Positions 15,336 to 18,232 of a stretch of DNA of 18,232 nt are shown piece by piece. The notes beneath the pieces are model-generated. The model saw nothing but the letters and a program-made list of their open reading frames with translations, searched no databases and was not told the DNA's origin. Numbering within the stretch: the first letter of the stretch is position 1; every line of letters starts with the position of its first letter. The position numbers were made by a program, and so were the translations under genes. Source of the stretch: Polyangiaceae bacterium (GTDB lineage: Bacteria; Myxococcota_A; Polyangia; Polyangiales; Polyangiaceae); assembly GCA_044222475.1 (NCBI GenBank), contig JBGANF010000125.1, positions 1 through 18,232 of the forward strand, given 5' to 3'.

Positions 15336-16781
15336 ATGCAGAAGGTGCCCCACGCCGTCGTTTTCGCTTTCGCCGTCGCGGCGTGTTCGTCGGCCGAGAC
15401 GCAGCATGCGATGGACCGCGCGCCGCCGGGGCCCGCTCCGTACGTCATGCCGGACGTTCAAGGCGTGATCGCGCTCGAAGACGAGAACCCCGATCCGAAC
15501 GTCGTCGAGGTGACGATCGCCGCGAGCCGCGGGAAGGCGGAGCTGAAGCCGGGCGCACCCGCCTCGGTCTGGACCTACAACGGCGAGCTCTCTGGTCCGC
15601 TCCTCAAGGCGAAGGTGGGCGACGAGGTCATCGTGCACTTCCGCAACGATCTTCCCGAGCCCACGACCGTGCACTGGCACGGCCTGCGGATCTCCGATCA
15701 GATGGACGGCTCGCCCCGCATCCAGAACCCGGTGAAACCGGGCGAGGAGTTCACGTACCGGTTCAAGGTCCCCGATGCCGGCTCGTACTGGTATCACCCG
15801 CACCTCAACACGGCGGTGCAGGTGGAGAAGGGCCTCTACGGACCCATCGTCGTCTTCGATCCGAAGGACCCCACGTACGACGCGGAGCGCTTCCTGCTCC
15901 TCGACGACATCCGGCTCGAGAAGAACGGCACCATCTCTCCCGAGAACGGGATGGACTACACGATGGGGGGCCGCTTCGGGAACACGCTCCTCACGAACGG
16001 GCTTCCGGCCAAACAGGCCGTCGCGTCCGTGGAGCAAGGCACCGTCGAGCGCTGGCGGATCGTCAACACGGCGAACGCACGCACGATGAAGATCGGCGTC
16101 GAGGGAGCCGCGTTTCGCGTGATCGCGACCGACGGCGGCCTCTTGCCCGAGCCGTACACCACGAACCGCGTGACCGTCGCGATCGGGCAGCGCTACGACC
16201 TCGAGGTCACCTACGACCAGCCGGGCACGGCGAGGCTCCTCACGTACGTCGAGGTCCAGGACGAGGCCGGCAAGGTGAAGGAGGAGGGGATTCCGTCGTT
16301 CGTCGTCGACGTCGCGGAGAGCGCACGCATTCCGCGCGAGATCTCCTGGCCCGTCGTGACGCTGCCAGAGCGAGCGCCGGACGCCGAGGCGACGATGAAG
16401 CTCTCGATCCACGAAACGGCGAGCGGCGGCGCGGAGTGGACGATCAACGGGAAGGGCGACGCGATGGAGCCCCTCTTCACGTGGTCCGAGGGAGCCACCG
16501 TCCTCGTCACGATCGTGAACGAGGTCGAGACCGAGCATCCATTCCACCTGCACGGACAGTTCTTCGAGATCCTCGACGCGAAGCAGCCCGGCTTGAAAGA
16601 CGTCGTGCTCGTCCCGCCGGGTGGAACGGTCAAGATCCGTGCGTACCTCGACAACCCCGGCCGATGGATGGCGCACTGCCATATCCTCGAACACGCAGAG
16701 CTCGGCATGATGGGCGAGATCGTCGTGACACCGAAAGACGGCCCGCCGCCGGAGACCGCCGCGCCGAGGAACGGCCACTGA
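15336..16781 (+). CDS. Three-domain multicopper oxidase (laccase-like) lipoprotein
   Basis: RBS GGAGG, ATG 15336, lipobox VAA-C. Motifs VHWHG, WYHPH, HPFHLHG, HCHILEHAELGMM. Collinear paralogue of the upstream MCO. Confidence 0.93.
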   Translation: MQKVPHAVVFAFAVAACSSAETQHAMDRAPPGPAPYVMPDVQGVIALEDENPDPNVVEVTIAASRGKAELKPGAPASVWTYNGELSGPLLKAKVGDEVIVHFRNDLPEPTTVHWHGLRISDQMDGSPRIQNPVKPGEEFTYRFKVPDAGSYWYHPHLNTAVQVEKGLYGPIVVFDPKDPTYDAERFLLLDDIRLEKNGTISPENGMDYTMGGRFGNTLLTNGLPAKQAVASVEQGTVERWRIVNTANARTMKIGVEGAAFRVIATDGGLLPEPYTTNRVTVAIGQRYDLEVTYDQPGTARLLTYVEVQDEAGKVKEEGIPSFVVDVAESARIPREISWPVVTLPERAPDAEATMKLSIHETASGGAEWTINGKGDAMEPLFTWSEGATVLVTIVNEVETEHPFHLHGQFFEILDAKQPGLKDVVLVPPGGTVKIRAYLDNPGRWMAHCHILEHAELGMMGEIVVTPKDGPPPETAAPRNGH

Positions 16782-16788
16782 CGCATCG

Positions 16789-16838
16789 GCCGTGTCCCTT
16801 CACGGTCGCGACATCTCCCCATCGCCCGGGGCGGAGAT
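16789..16838. terminator. Two small hairpins between convergent genes, possible terminator
   Basis: GGCCGTG-tccctt-CACGGTC and ATCTCC...GGAGAT inverted repeats; no U-tract. Confidence 0.25.
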
Positions 16839-17356
16839 CAGTGCATGCCGTGCGCGCAGCGGTAGAAGCCCGCTTCGTGGCGCATCGCTGCTCCGACATC
16901 GCGGAGCCGATTCAGTACGGCACGTGATTGACCGAGATGTTTGTCCTCCTCGGCTCGCGCCGCCGCGATGTCCGGCCGGGGCGCCTGCCGATGTCGCTCG
17001 AGCTCCGAGCGCATGTCTGTCATCGCGCCCTGCATCTCGTGCGTCCGACCGCGTTCTTCGGAAGCGCGGTGGCGACAGAACATGGTCATGTCCGAGAGGA
17101 CGTGGTCGACGCCGTCCATGTGCGACGCCATCATCGTCCCGTGCGTCGCCTCGGCAGCCTCGATCATCCCGAGGTCCGTCGCGCTCGAGACAGCGTTCGC
17201 GTGGGCGTCCAGATCACGATCGAGCGCGGACGCGCCATCGAACACTCGGTCGAGCTCGGCGTTCATGTCTTCGTCGGCTTCGGTCCGATGGCCGCACGCG
17301 CCGACCGTCGCGACGATCGCGGCTACGAAGAGCCGGTGCACAATCCCGGAGTCCAT
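16838..17356 (-). CDS. Uncharacterised His/Met-rich helical lipoprotein
   Basis: Lipobox VGA-C. The mature part (~150 aa) has 12 His, 12 Met and 2 further Cys, shows amphipathic helical periodicity and ends CAHGMH. The start could instead be GTG 17341. Confidence 0.75.
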   Translation of the reverse strand: MDSGIVHRLFVAAIVATVGACGHRTEADEDMNAELDRVFDGASALDRDLDAHANAVSSATDLGMIEAAEATHGTMMASHMDGVDHVLSDMTMFCRHRASEERGRTHEMQGAMTDMRSELERHRQAPRPDIAAARAEEDKHLGQSRAVLNRLRDVGAAMRHEAGFYRCAHGMH

Positions 17357-17520
17357 ACAGGCCGGAGGTTGCAAGGCACATACCGTGAACCGGCCGTAGA
17401 GTCCGTCGCACACGGCCGAGAGACCGTACGCATCGGATGCATTGCACCGCACGCCTTGCGGGCCCGTCGGAAGGAATCGTGTGTCCAGCCGCAGGCATAA
17501 TCGCTGCAGCTGCGGAACGT

Positions 17521-18114
17521 ATGCTCGCCCGACGCTCCTTTCTCGCCGCCGCGCTCGGTTCCGCGGCAACGCTCGTCCTGCGCGGCGCTGCCGCAGAGCC
17601 AGCGCCGCCGACGTGGAGGCGCGACGACAAGGACCCGCGCTGGGTCCAGGGTCAGGTCGCGGCACTTGCCACGCCCGACGCCGTGTTTGCGAGGCTACGC
17701 CAAGTACCGGAGTGGCCCCGCATGTTCACGGACATCAAGACGATGAAGATCGTCGAGCGCGGGACCGACCACTGGCGCGTGAAGCTCGAGACGCAGACGT
17801 TCGACTGCGGCACGCACGAGTACCACGTCCGTTTCGAGTCACCGCGGACGGTACGACTATGGATCGACGCGCCGGGTGTGACCGCCCTCGCGTACATGCG
17901 CGTGCTCGAAGGCGAGACGAAGGTTGTTTCGCGCGTCGTCTACAGCCTGTTCATCGACGCCCACGGCATCGCCGGGTGGTTCATCTCGAAGGATGACTTG
18001 CGGCGGAAGCAGGAACAGATGGTCGTTCGCTACCTCGCCGACTTGGAGCGTGCGTTCCGCGCCACCCCCGCCCGGGCGACGGAGCCTCCGACCGCCGCCC
18101 TCGGACACACATGA
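17521..18114 (+). CDS. Tat-exported SRPBCC/START (polyketide cyclase-like) family protein
   Basis: MLARRSFLAAA twin-arginine signal. ATPDAVFARLRQVPEWPRMFTDIK is the typical SRPBCC N-terminal pattern, and there is a long C-terminal helix. -10-like CATAAT at 17496-17501. Confidence 0.75.
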   Translation: MLARRSFLAAALGSAATLVLRGAAAEPAPPTWRRDDKDPRWVQGQVAALATPDAVFARLRQVPEWPRMFTDIKTMKIVERGTDHWRVKLETQTFDCGTHEYHVRFESPRTVRLWIDAPGVTALAYMRVLEGETKVVSRVVYSLFIDAHGIAGWFISKDDLRRKQEQMVVRYLADLERAFRATPARATEPPTAALGHT

Positions 18115-18232
18115 CTCCAGCTCTGCTCCTCGGCGTGCTTCGAAGAGCAGCGCGATGAACCACACGAAGGCGGAGCGCAGCTGCACGTTGCTCGCGAGGA
18201 ACGAACCGAACGCGACGACCACGCCAATCGCG
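18115..18232 (-). CDS. Probable C-terminal part of a membrane protein entering from the right edge
   Basis: Hydrophobic reading AIGVVVAFGSFLASNVQLRSAFVWFIALLFE. The true end is unclear because the frame stays open into the SRPBCC gene (stop at 17857). Confidence 0.3.

Noticed and set aside
13206..16927. Very long alternative ORFs (14063..16927 +, 14835..16778 -, 13206..14759 -)
   Set aside because: Off-frame or antisense shadows of the MCO genes, expected in high-GC DNA, with no motifs.
1..18232. CRISPR array, tRNA/rRNA, IS or integrase
   Set aside because: No regularly spaced repeats, RNA-gene signatures or transposase/integrase motifs were seen. The six 19-bp motifs are irregularly dispersed with variable cores.

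Overview
High-GC bacterial DNA, probably from a myxobacterium (inferred from gene style), carrying a cell-envelope copper-homeostasis island. It encodes a His-rich HAMP sensor kinase and a sigma54 (NtrC-family) response regulator resembling myxobacterial CorS/CorR, three multicopper oxidases (one with a frameshifted signal peptide), a TolC-family outer-membrane protein, a CPMHP heavy-metal-binding lipoprotein and a c-type cytochrome. It also holds a decayed DUF305 (CopM-like) gene and several uncharacterised His/Met-rich lipoproteins. An SQR-like flavoprotein, a 5'-truncated CMD/AhpD gene and an orphan PD-(D/E)XK nuclease interrupt the island. The main unexplained signal is a 19-bp quasi-palindrome, YGTAAC-N7-GYYACK, found six times. 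Every copy is intergenic and lies 39-101 nt upstream of a start codon, which suggests an operator tying the unknown lipoproteins into a copper regulon. No RNA genes, CRISPR arrays or transposases were seen. Family calls come from motif recognition only; no searches were run.
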